A DNA stretch of 64,000 bases from Acidobacteriota bacterium (GTDB lineage: Bacteria > Acidobacteriota > Terriglobia > Bryobacterales > Bryobacteraceae). Below, piece by piece: positions 16,530-26,500 of this stretch. Both the position numbers and the translations under genes were made by a program. The stretch covers positions 3,961 to 67,960 of the forward strand of contig JAFDVU010000006.1 of assembly GCA_018268835.1 (NCBI GenBank), read 5' to 3'. The notes below the pieces were generated by a model. That model was not told the DNA's origin and did not search any database. It saw only the letters and a program-made list of their open reading frames with translations. Within the stretch, counting starts at the first letter, position 1; each line of letters begins with the position of its first letter.

Positions 16530-18404
16530 TCAATTGTGGACCGCGATCACGACGCCAGGTTGGGTGGAGATCCCGCTGTAGCTCGCCGTTATGGGTTGGT
16601 CGCCATTGCCCACCGATGATGGAATTACCACGTTGAACTGAAATTCGCCTGGCGCCACCAGGCCGGCGAACTGCACCGCTGCATTGGCGCCGCCGATCTT
16701 CACCACGGGCACGGGCGAAAGCGTTCCGGATTGCATCAAAGACCCGCTCACAATGGGTGCCGAGGTTGGTCCGAAGCCGTTGGCGTACAGCAGCACCGTC
16801 TCGCCCGGTTTGGCGGGCGTGGTTAGTCCGGCATAAAGATTCGTTGGCCCGATCAGACTCCCATCTGCGTGCACTGCAGCCAGGTACGGTCCCCCGTTAA
16901 ACACGAAGAACGACGGCGAGAGCGGCAGCGCTTGTACAACAGATGGCGCGCTTACCGTCCCTTTGTTGGTGACCGACACCTGCACCGGGCCGCTCATAGC
17001 ATCGGGCGGAGTGAGGATGTTCACCTGCGAAGGGCTGATGTAGTACACGTAGGCAGCCTTGCCATTCACGGTCACACCGACGCCGTCCAGTTGTGCCGGC
17101 ATTTCGCTACCGGAAAAGTCGGAACTCTGCCATATGCGAGAGTCCCCCGTGAGTGCGAGGCCGGCGCCTTTCACCTCCACCCATGTATTTGGTGCAATCG
17201 CGGGGCTTTCACCTTCCGCGTTGGCCACCAACGATATTACCGGCGGCGCCAGTTCAAAATGAGCCTGGAGAACGTCATCAGGAAACGCGCTCGCATTCGC
17301 GTGGAAGATCTCGATGAACTGCGCGCGCAGAGAATCGTTCCGGCTTAACGGGTAGATGCCGGTCTCCAGCATCTCCAGATACGTGGTCGACGTACACGGC
17401 GTAGGGCTGGTGACCGGCTCCGAGCACGCCGCCCCCTGCCCGGTTGAACCGAAGTACTCATTGGTCTGAAATGCGACCAGCGTTCCGAACGTCCGGGCTG
17501 CCTGGACCACTTCCGTCGATGCCGGTTCACCGGGCATCAGAAAATCGAACTGCACCACCAGGCGGCCTGGAAGTTTCTGGCTCGCGACTGCGAAAAGCGG
17601 CTGGTTCTGGTCGGGAACAGCACCCTTGATCACTGATCCGTCCTCAGCGATAGCGGGGAAAGGATTCAGCGGAATGACGGACACGTCGAAGGTTTTGTCC
17701 GGGAAGCTCTTCTGAAAAGAGCCGATGATCTGAGTCCATGCCTGCAATAGCAACGATGGCTTGTAGCCCGCCTGCTGCCAGGTGGTGACCGCATCGCTGA
17801 CGCAAGCCAGTCCGGTCGATTGCGGCGTCTCGGCCGGCAGGCGCAACTCCTCCGTGGTGCGGTTGATCCCGGTGAGTCGGACCAGAGTGATGGCATCATA
17901 GGCTCCCGCGCTCTTCAGGTGCGCGGCGAGCGCCGCCAGCAGGGCATCCCAGTGGCTCAGAAAGGCGGGATCCCAGGGCGCCGCAATGGTTTCGGTCTGG
18001 CAGGCACCCGTCGCCCCGCCGTGCGGCGAGATGGTGAAGCGGAGCGCACCAGCGCCGGCACCCGCGGGGGCGGGATCAAACAGCCACGATGGAGTGGCAT
18101 CTCCGGCAGGCACGACCAGATCGATCTTTTTACCCACCGCCGCGATTCGGCTGATCCACTGGTCGAGCACGGTCCACTGATACTGGCCCATCGAAGGCTC
18201 CACTGCGTTCCAGCCGACCACCAAAGCCACGCCATCTACGCCGGGCAGCGCGATTGATGAGATCAGAGCTTTCGAGGTGCTTGCGGAAACTTGCGCGACA
18301 TCGTTGGTATAGACATATATTCCCCGCAGATCGGGCGAGGCGCTCTGCGCGCGCGCAATCGAAAGGGACATCGCCAATAACGCGCAACGGTGAAGACGAT
18401 TCAT
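16530..18404 (-). CDS. Secreted protein: N-terminal glycoside-hydrolase-like TIM-barrel region plus C-terminal TIGR03437-like (Solibacter C-terminal, Ig-like) domain
   Basis: Signal peptide MNRLHRCALLAMSLSIARAQSA. GWNAVEPSMGQYQWTVLDQWI resembles GH42/GH35-type barrels. The C-terminal ~215 aa (IAPNTWVEVKGAGL ... AQLDGVGVTVNGKAAYVYYISPSQVNILTP ... VQFAGLVAPGEFQFNVVIP) match my recollection of TIGR03437. Confidence 0.7.
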   Translation of the reverse strand: MNRLHRCALLAMSLSIARAQSASPDLRGIYVYTNDVAQVSASTSKALISSIALPGVDGVALVVGWNAVEPSMGQYQWTVLDQWISRIAAVGKKIDLVVPAGDATPSWLFDPAPAGAGAGALRFTISPHGGATGACQTETIAAPWDPAFLSHWDALLAALAAHLKSAGAYDAITLVRLTGINRTTEELRLPAETPQSTGLACVSDAVTTWQQAGYKPSLLLQAWTQIIGSFQKSFPDKTFDVSVIPLNPFPAIAEDGSVIKGAVPDQNQPLFAVASQKLPGRLVVQFDFLMPGEPASTEVVQAARTFGTLVAFQTNEYFGSTGQGAACSEPVTSPTPCTSTTYLEMLETGIYPLSRNDSLRAQFIEIFHANASAFPDDVLQAHFELAPPVISLVANAEGESPAIAPNTWVEVKGAGLALTGDSRIWQSSDFSGSEMPAQLDGVGVTVNGKAAYVYYISPSQVNILTPPDAMSGPVQVSVTNKGTVSAPSVVQALPLSPSFFVFNGGPYLAAVHADGSLIGPTNLYAGLTTPAKPGETVLLYANGFGPTSAPIVSGSLMQSGTLSPVPVVKIGGANAAVQFAGLVAPGEFQFNVVIPSSVGNGDQPITASYSGISTQPGVVIAVHN

Positions 18405-18672
18405 GGTGTGGCTTCTTCGCTCAATGCCGCATAACGATCGATTCTATTCCACGGCCCTTGACGCGGGACTGGAGCGGAATCCGGCAATGTATTAAGCAAT
18501 ACAAGCGGTGGCGTGCCGAGTAAGTTGACTCGAAATCCCCGCCGCTCTCTCGCGATCAAGACCGATCCTGACTTTTGGGGGAGCGGGGCAGCGGCAGCAG
18601 CGACCTTGGCCGGATGGACGAAAACGAGCGGTGCCTACGGCTTCTGTCGTACGATTAGCGTAGGCACACCGA

Positions 18673-21672
18673 ATGAATGTTGGGCCCAGGGTCCTTGCGG
18701 TCCTCCTATCCCTGATCCTTTGCGCGGCGGCATCTGCGCAGGGTACGTCCTTTGTCTACGGGCGGGTGCTGGATCCTTCCGACGCGGTTGTGCCGGGTGC
18801 ATCGGTAACCGTAGTCAACCAGGATTCGGGCTTTCGCCGCGTAACGGATACCGGTCTGGACGGCGGCTACGTGGTGGGCGCGCTGGAGGGCGGACTGTAC
18901 AAGATCACGGTCCGCAAGGACGGGTTCGTCGGGATGATGCGGTTCGACGTGCGGGTGCCGGAGCGGCAACCGGCGCGGGCCGATTTCAAACTGACGGTTG
19001 GCGCGGTTGAAGAGACGATCACGGTGGAGGGCACCGAACCGCTGGTGACGACCGATGACGCGTCGATCGGGGTGCGCGTTTTCCACGACGAGATTCGCAA
19101 TCTGCCGCTGAACGGGCGGGGCGTGCTGGGGCTGGTGGAGCTTTCGCCGGGCACCAACGTGACACCGGCCACGCGCGGGGAGTCGGGGCAGTTCACGGCC
19201 AACGGCCAGCGTCCGAACGCGAACTACTTCACGGTGGACGGCGCGAGCGCGAACACCGGGGTGGCGGCGGGCGGACTGCCGGCGCAGGCCACGGGCGGCG
19301 TGCTGCCGGCGATGACCGCCTTCGGGAGCCTGGATTCGCTGCTGCCGGTGGAGGCGGTCGACGAGTTCCGCGTGCAGACCGCCAATACGCCGGGCGACCT
19401 CGGCCGCCTGCCGGGAGCGAACGTTTCGCTGACCAGCCGGTCCGGGTCCAACCAGTTTCACGGCAGCGTGGTTTATCGCGTACGGCACGAATTGCTGGCG
19501 GCCAACGACTGGTTCGCGAATTACTCCGGCGAAGGGCGCGGACCGCTGCGGTTGAACGACGTGGCGCCCTCCTTCGGCGGGCCGTTGCGCCGCAACCGCA
19601 CGTTCTTCTTCCTTTCGTTCGAGCACATGGACTTGCGCGGTCCGTACGTCACGCGCCAGCCGGTTCCTTCGGCGGCGACCCGTGCCGCGGCCCCGGACTG
19701 GGTGCGTCCGGCGCTGGACCTTTATCCGCTGCCGAACGGAGCGGACGTGGGCAACGGGTTGGGCTTGTGGTACGGGCGCAACATCCGGCCGTCGCATTTG
19801 ACCAGCGGGCTGGCGCGGTTGGACGAGGCGATCACGCCGCGGGTCACGCTGTTCGCGCGGTACAACGATTCGCCCTCGTCGAACGAGTTCGGCGCCACCG
19901 AGGTGAACCGGCTCGACCTTCGGTTCCGCAGCCTGACGCTGGGATTGAACTACCGGCCCGGAGCGCGGTTCACGTTCGACCTGCGCGCGAACGAATCGCA
20001 ATCGGAGGCGGAATCGACGTGGTCGGTGGCGGGGAGCAATGTGTCCTCGGGCTGCGACCTGGCGCCGCTGACGGCGTACCTGTTTCCCGCGGCGAACGCG
20101 TGCAACTCGCTGGTACGGTTTTCGGTCGGCGGAGTGGGACAAGTGGTGCTGGGCAGCGAGGGCAGGCGCCGGCAACGTCAGTTCCAACTGCTGGGCTCGG
20201 CGGGCCTGAACGTGAGCGGGCACTCGCTGCGGGTGGGCGCGGACTACCGCAGGATCCTGCCGATCCGGCGGGACGCGAGCGGCATGCTCAGCTCGATCGC
20301 CGACGACATCACCAGCCTCACCGACAAGCGCAATCTCTGGCTGGGAAGCGCGGCCGCGCTGAGTACATCCGCCGAGGTGAGTGAACTTTCGCTGTGGGTG
20401 CAGGATGCGTGGCGGATCTCCTCGCGGCTGACGGTGACTCCGGGGCTGCGCTGGGAGTTCAACCCCTCGCCGGTACCGGGCGGCACGGCCTGGTTCCTGA
20501 ATCCGGCGCAGAACCTGTTCGAGGAGCAGCATCGCGCGCTGTGGCCGGTATCGTACATGAACTTCGCGCCGCGGCTGAGCGCGGTGTGGCGGCTGGACCG
20601 CGACGGGCGCACGGTGCTGCGGGCGGGAGCCGGCCTGTTCTACGATTCGAGCCTGAGCATTGCGACGGATCTGATCAACGGCGGGCCGCTGAGCATCACG
20701 CAGTTGCTGAGCGGGAAGGCGGGGCTGTTCTCGTCGATCCTGAGCTACGGGTACGATCCGGCGCTGCGCCTGCCGCGGATTTCGGAGTGGAACCTGACGC
20801 TGGACCGGGCGCTGAGCCGCAACGACGCGCTTTCGATCGGGTACGCGGGATCGAAAGGGCGGCGGCTGATTCGCCGCGAACTGGGAGGCGCGGGGAACAC
20901 GCCGACGGCGTTGTTCGCGCTGACGACGAATCACGGCGAGTCGGATTACGAAGGCTTGCAGGTGCAGTACCGGCGGCGGGTGGCGCAGGGGCTGCAGGCG
21001 CTGGCATCATACGCGTGGTCGCATTCGCTGGACAACGATTCGAGCGACGCGTTCCTGATGTGGGCGGGAGCGGACTCGCCGCACCGGGACTACGGGTCGA
21101 GCGATTTCGATCTGCGGCAATCGCTGAGCGTGGCGATGACGTGGGACGCGCCGCGGCGGCTGGGCGGGTGGTCGATCGATGGGCTGCTGCGGGCGCGCAC
21201 GGGGTTTCCGATCACGGTGCTGGTGAACGAGCAATATCAGGGGATCGCGCTGGCGAACGCGTTCCGGCCGTATCAGTTGCTGGACCAGTCGCTGTGGATC
21301 GACGATCCGAACCTGCCGGGGGGGAGGGGCATCAATGCGGCGGCGTTCATGGTGCCGGCGGCGGGGACGCAGGGCTCGCTGGGGCGGAATTCGATCACGG
21401 GATTCGGGATGGGGCAGGTGGATCTGGCGGTGCGGCGCGACTGGCGGTGGTGGGAGCACCGGACGATCGAGGCGCGGCTGGAGGCGTTCAACTTGCTGAA
21501 TACGGCGGCTTTCGCGGACCCGGTGCGGTACCTGAGCAGTCCGGTATTCGGGCAATCGACGTCGATGTTGAACGTGATGCTGGGGACGGGGAGTCCGGGG
21601 AGCGGGTTGGCGCCGATTCTGCAGACGGGCGGGGCGCGGAGCTTCCAGGCGACGGTGCGGTTGAGATTTTGA
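18673..21672 (+). CDS. TonB-dependent outer-membrane receptor with N-terminal carboxypeptidase-regulatory-like domain
   Basis: The signal peptide is followed by GRVLDPSDAVVPGASVTVVNQDSGFRRVTDTGLDGGYVVGALEGGLYKITVRKDGF (CarboxypepD_reg). The plug region is VFHDEIRNLPLNGRGVLGLV. The C-terminus ...RSFQATVRLRF ends in an aromatic residue. Confidence 0.85.
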   Translation: MNVGPRVLAVLLSLILCAAASAQGTSFVYGRVLDPSDAVVPGASVTVVNQDSGFRRVTDTGLDGGYVVGALEGGLYKITVRKDGFVGMMRFDVRVPERQPARADFKLTVGAVEETITVEGTEPLVTTDDASIGVRVFHDEIRNLPLNGRGVLGLVELSPGTNVTPATRGESGQFTANGQRPNANYFTVDGASANTGVAAGGLPAQATGGVLPAMTAFGSLDSLLPVEAVDEFRVQTANTPGDLGRLPGANVSLTSRSGSNQFHGSVVYRVRHELLAANDWFANYSGEGRGPLRLNDVAPSFGGPLRRNRTFFFLSFEHMDLRGPYVTRQPVPSAATRAAAPDWVRPALDLYPLPNGADVGNGLGLWYGRNIRPSHLTSGLARLDEAITPRVTLFARYNDSPSSNEFGATEVNRLDLRFRSLTLGLNYRPGARFTFDLRANESQSEAESTWSVAGSNVSSGCDLAPLTAYLFPAANACNSLVRFSVGGVGQVVLGSEGRRRQRQFQLLGSAGLNVSGHSLRVGADYRRILPIRRDASGMLSSIADDITSLTDKRNLWLGSAAALSTSAEVSELSLWVQDAWRISSRLTVTPGLRWEFNPSPVPGGTAWFLNPAQNLFEEQHRALWPVSYMNFAPRLSAVWRLDRDGRTVLRAGAGLFYDSSLSIATDLINGGPLSITQLLSGKAGLFSSILSYGYDPALRLPRISEWNLTLDRALSRNDALSIGYAGSKGRRLIRRELGGAGNTPTALFALTTNHGESDYEGLQVQYRRRVAQGLQALASYAWSHSLDNDSSDAFLMWAGADSPHRDYGSSDFDLRQSLSVAMTWDAPRRLGGWSIDGLLRARTGFPITVLVNEQYQGIALANAFRPYQLLDQSLWIDDPNLPGGRGINAAAFMVPAAGTQGSLGRNSITGFGMGQVDLAVRRDWRWWEHRTIEARLEAFNLLNTAAFADPVRYLSSPVFGQSTSMLNVMLGTGSPGSGLAPILQTGGARSFQATVRLRF

Positions 21673-21762
21673 ATCCGTGATAAACTCAAAGAGGTCCGGA
21701 CAATGTCCGCGCGGACCCCAAATTTGTGCGCGGAGGTTGTTCGGGCTTGTATACCGTGGGAT

Positions 21763-21840
21763 CGGGCCGTGGCGCAGCCTGGCTAGCGCGCTTGCTTGGG
21801 GTGCAAGAGGTCCCGAGTTCAAATCTCGGCGGCCCGACCA
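21763..21840 (+). tRNA. tRNA-Pro, anticodon GGG, CCA encoded
   Basis: Manual cloverleaf: acceptor cgggccg/cggcccg, D stem gcgc/gcgc, anticodon stem cttgc/gcaag with loop ttGGGgt, variable loop aggtc, T stem ccgag/ctcgg with loop ttcaaat, discriminator a, then cca. Total 78 nt. Confidence 0.9.
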
Positions 21841-21871
21841 AAAACCCCTCAATTTTCGCCTCTACGCCACA

Positions 21872-22871
21872 AATGGGGGCAGCCGGCGTCCCCGACCTCA
21901 CGAACACATTATCCTAACCCGCAACCGGTAGTTGTTGAAATTGCGGAATCCGTACGCTTGGCGTTGTAGCACCTCCATTTTCGTGTGGAAGCCTTCGGTG
22001 ATGCCGTTGTTCCTGGTGAAGCGCCACATCATCGCCAGTTCCGTCGCCCACGAAGACAGGGTGGATCCCAGCTGAACGAGCTGCGTCAGACCGGCGTTCT
22101 TCAGATCCTCGATGGCGCGAAGGAATCGATGGGCGAGGTGCTCGCAGTTTTTTCGTGTGCGATGCTTTTTCAACAGCAAGTGGCAAAGCCGCTGCTTGAA
22201 ACGGTAGATCTCGCGCAGGACGGGGAACTAGTCAAAGTACTGTTCGAGCTTGGCGCGTTGCTCGGGCTTGAGGTTGTGGCGGTGCCGCCGCATCAACAGA
22301 GGAGACCACGGTTCTTACCCCCCGCAGGGTCGATCTCCCGCCAACAGGCCAGGAAATGATGGTTGATCAGGCGGATGACGTGGAACCGGTCGGCGACGAT
22401 CTTGGCGTTGGGAAAATGCTTCCGCACGATGGCGCGATAAACGCTGGCCAAGTCCATGCAGACGATGCGCACGCGATCCTTGCCGGGGAGCTTCGCCAGG
22501 TAGTCTTCCAGTGCGGCTTCGCTGCGCCCCAGCACGACATCGCAGATGGTGTGGCTGCGGAGATCGCAGAAGGTGGTGGCGTAGTCCTTGCAGCGGAATT
22601 TCAAGCTCTCCACTTCCAGGATGCAGCCGCGCAAACCCCAGGATTCATGCCGGGGCTCGCGCAGGCGCTTGTCCTTGAGACGGAGGCGGTCGCTGCCGCA
22701 GTTCGGGCACACCCGGTCCCCCTCGTACCGGGCCGAGATCCGCACCATCCCCGATTCCTCTTGAATGCCTGTAACCTGATATCCAGGCAGGCCGAGCACT
22801 GCTTCTGATCTGATCAAACGTATTCTCCCAAGAACGTTTTATCAGGTCAGGGCCGCCGGTCTGCCCCCATT
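21872..22871 (-). mobile_element. Decayed ISL3-family insertion sequence (~1.0 kb, internally deleted)
   Basis: Imperfect terminal inverted repeats: 21872 AATGGGGGCAGCCGGCGTCCCCGACCT versus the reverse complement of 22844-22871, AATGGGGGCAGACCGGCGGCCCTGACCT. That is 25 matches over 28 aligned columns. The repeats enclose the broken transposase. I found no clear target-site duplication. Confidence 0.75.
21898..22817 (-). pseudogene. ISL3-family transposase pseudogene
   Basis: The N-terminal piece (22293..22817) has LGLPGYQVTGI ... CPNCGS zinc-finger ... FRCKDY. The C-terminal piece (21898..22179) has NNGITEGFHTKMEVLQRQAYGFRNFNNYRLRV. The pieces are separated by a frameshift near 22295 and an in-frame TAG (gac tag ttc) near 22230. 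Total coding is about 306 aa against about 400+ aa expected, so an internal deletion is also likely. Confidence 0.8.
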
Positions 22872-23553
22872 AACGATCTAGAGCCCAATTTTCCAGACAG
22901 ATAGCGGGAATCATATGAACTGGTCCCCCGTTTTGCCTTTCTCGTAAGGCTCTCCCAAGGATCAACGCCAAACTGGCGTGAAGGCATCGCGCGGTGTCGG
23001 AGCCCTGACCGCGCCCGGCAGGGCAAGGCTCCGGCCGTCCGGAGGCCCGGCGCTGGCTCAAGTTCTTGGGCGCAGGGCGGAAAGAGTCATCGATAACCCC
23101 AGTTACCGCCCCTCCATCGCACGCTGTGCGTGTGTCGAACCGCCGCCTACTTTTGTGGTGTCACGACGCGAAATGCCACTGGAGTAGAGCGAGCGACGGC
23201 AAACGGAGTCGGCAGTGCTGAAGAAGAACGCTCGGCCAGCGCTCCCAACTGAGGCTGCCCCGTTGTGAACGGCTGCGAGATCGCCGTCACAACGTAGTCC
23301 CCGGTTCGATCGGGCACACGCCCTTCCTCGGAGAGCGTCAATCCCAAGATGGGCACAACCTTCCCCTATGACTTTCGACAATTCGTACCGTTTGGCACCA
23401 ACAGCCTCTTCATTATGTTTGACAACGGCACCGCCAAATGATCGGATTGAACGAATTGATGCTGCGCCGACATACGGTTCGCCGGGTGACGCAAGGCCTG
23501 TCTAACCTCCTCTGCTGCGCCACATCTCCATATTGCACTCGAAGGGCCCCAAA

Positions 23554-26500
23554 ATGGTTAAAACGTCGGACTCGAAGGCCAGTCAAATCGTCCTTGAATC
23601 TCCCCAGGCTGGCCCGCAACTCCCGCCACTCAGGTATATCGGAATCCCCTTCCCCAGACCGATCGCTCAGGCGTGGGCGCCGGCATGGTTTTACAGCGCG
23701 CTGAACTGGCTGGGTAAGTCGTATTTCGATGCGAGTAATGTCCAACAGACATTCAGCTGGTACATGGCAGGATCGAGCGTCGATCCATATGCCCATCCGG
23801 GAGCGACACGCCTGTTCCTGGTGATTCTGGCCGGCGACACCTTCCGTCTTACCCTGGCAGCCGACGCAAATTCCACAGCGCCGGCGGCGGGAGGGAAGTC
23901 CTATCCGAACACGGATCAAGGCATCCTGGCGATGTATCAGGACCTGGCCGCCAGCCCGATCTTCTCCGCAGTGAAGTATTGCTACGTCCCCGGACGCATC
24001 GGCCCCGATCTCAATCCGAACACGTTCACCGGGATCGCCGCGGCCAGTGTCGCCACCGGGGAAATCCCCGCCGGCGGTTACGATCCCGGAACCGGCCTGC
24101 GGATCGCCGTCTTAGGTTCGGCCGTCTCCCAGGTGGTGCCTCTCGACGACTTTCTGAAGACGCGAAACGAGCAGATCTACAACGACGACCCGGTCATTGT
24201 GCCCATCGTCACCGCCTTGGTCTACGACGTGACCCAGTACAACACCGTCGGAGCCACAACCTTCGTCCTTCCCGTGTATTACACGCGCGACCAGGTGTCA
24301 GCGGGGAATTATTACGTCAGCAAGTTTGACGTGTCCACCTCGGTGAATGGACAAACGGTTCACTGCGGCCAGACCGCCGTCTTTCCGGGCGGTCCAGGAT
24401 TTAACGACTCGACCGCGAGCGCTCTGAAACTGGAGACAACCGCGGTAGTCGCCGGCGCAGGTCATAACTTCACCGTCTATACCTTCGATACGGCGAAGGT
24501 CGCCACGATCTCCACCCTGAGCCCGAAGGTGGAAACCGGCGTCATCATGTTGACCTATAATTCGCCGTCGCCGTCGAGCGTCTTCGCCAACCAGCGCATC
24601 ATCGGCTTCTACCGCGACAATTCCTGGACCACGTGCCTCGGCCAGCCCATCTACGACTTCGGAGCAAGCAACGCCAGTTTCACCGCTGCGACCGCGGCTT
24701 TCAGCGCGCCGGTCCTCCTCTACGATCCCACCCATCCCTTTCTCAACGGCGGTTCCCTGCAGAATGTGGTGCGGAAACTAGCGCAAGCCCCATACCTTTA
24801 TCCGACAGACCGGCTGGTTGCCATCCTCGATGCGGCTATCGCTGCCAGGGATACCGATAGCGGCGCGGGGTTAAGCGTCACCTCTGCGGCACTCAAGTTC
24901 AACATGAGTTCGACTCCGGCCGCACCGGTCGTCGATCAACTCTCGGTACCTGTTATGGTGACCGCGACCACCACTCCGGTACCCACCGACAGCATCAAAA
25001 GCAAAGCCGCGCCGGCCCCGCCTGCCAGCCTCAAGCCGGTTCCGGACCTGCCCTCGGCAGCGATCCTGCCCGGCGCCGTGGTGGATCACCCCCAGCAGAC
25101 CATCAGCGTCTCCGGACCGGGCGGCGCGAACCTCCAGATAATCGGGGGCGGCATCGTTTGGCCACCCCCGCCAGGCCCTGTCACGGTTCAGGCCGGACTC
25201 ACCGCATCTATTCCCCGCGAAGTTCTTGCCGGCACCGGCATCACGAGTGTCGAGATCGGAACCGCGTTCCCGCGGCAGAACCTCGGCTCCGGAGCCGTCT
25301 TCCAATCGCAGCCGGCGGGACGGGTGGTCAACCTCATGGAAAGCAGGGTGCCCGCTCTGCCGCCCTACGTTCTGAACCTCGCCAATGCGGGATTCGCTGT
25401 GAAGGAGGGCGTCTCCTATATCCTGTCGGTGACCGGCACCAGCCTGACCGTACGCGGCTCGGACGGTTCGTCCGCGTCAGCCGCGGTTGCCGCGCCCGGA
25501 TCGACCCACACCTACGTCGGAGCCATGGTGTACACGGCCGCAGTTACGGCCGTCCCGCTGTATCCGAAGCTCCCTCTGTCGCTCGCTGCGCCGGCCGTGG
25601 GCACCCATGGAGTTCTGCAGGGCGAACAGTACAGCGTCCGTCTGACGTTCGGCACAGACCAGAGCCGCTACGACATTCTGGATTCGAACCAGACGGCGGT
25701 CGATTCCAACATCGCCGTCCCCAACCCGGTGCCCGGCGATAAGTTCACGCCTCAGCCCGGCGACCTGTACTTCGGCAGCTTCATCGGCGGCTCGAACCAG
25801 ATGACGGTATGGTCCGTTCCGGTGTTCCTGACTGTGTCGCCGACCCTGTTGCCCGGTGCTGGCGTCGATGGAAACATGACGCTGGACGCGCAGGCCAGCG
25901 GACTCCCCGGGTACCAACTGCAGATCACCGACAGTTCGCTATTCATCTTCTCCAACGTCAACGTCGATACCGGAGCCACCGGCTCGCTCAGTCCCGCGAA
26001 CGTGTTTCTAGCCGCCGCGGTCATCAATTCCGCGCCGGACGACACCACCTCGAAGGCCTTCGCCCCGTGCAGGGTCGTGATGGGCCTCGTGCGTCAGGTC
26101 CAGATGGGGACCACGCTGAAGTACGTGTTCGTGCCTGAGGACGACAGCGTGGTCATCGGGCAAACGCGCTACATGCTGAGCGTGATCAACCTCGACAACA
26201 TGAGCGGCGACCCGAACACTCTTCCGTATCCGCCGGTCTACTGGCCGCAATCGCAGTACTGGCAGTTCGCCAATCGCCACAATCCGTACCTGGACGTCGA
26301 GTACGCAGGCGCCGACCAGACCGCGCGGATCAGCCGGGCGCAGACGGACACGGCCAGAATCGGCCTCGAAACGGCGCAGGCTCAGGAACCGATGCAGATG
26401 TACCTGGACACCGGCGCCGACGGGATGACGGTATGGCCGATCTATGCTTTTCCTTACGCCACATCCACCCAGACCATCGACCTGGGCCAGTTGAAGGCGA

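Noticed and set aside
18706-20934. 742-aa minus ORF antisense to the TonB-dependent receptor
   Set aside because: It is extremely R/Q/P-rich. The + frame has plug, barrel and CarboxypepD_reg motifs.
21694-21718. Hairpin ggtccg ... cggacc after the TonB-dependent receptor gene as a terminator
   Set aside because: The stem is short (6 bp), the loop is long (13 nt) and there is no U-tract. That is too weak to list.
23419-23450. TTGACA hexamer 130 nt upstream of the giant ORF as its promoter
   Set aside because: No acceptable -10 hexamer lies at 16-18 nt spacing, so I leave it unannotated.
23533-23553. TTG start given by the ORF track for the giant ORF
   Set aside because: An ATG 21 nt downstream (23554) has an SD-like GAAGGG at suitable spacing. 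The choice is not provable from sequence alone, and the difference is 7 codons.
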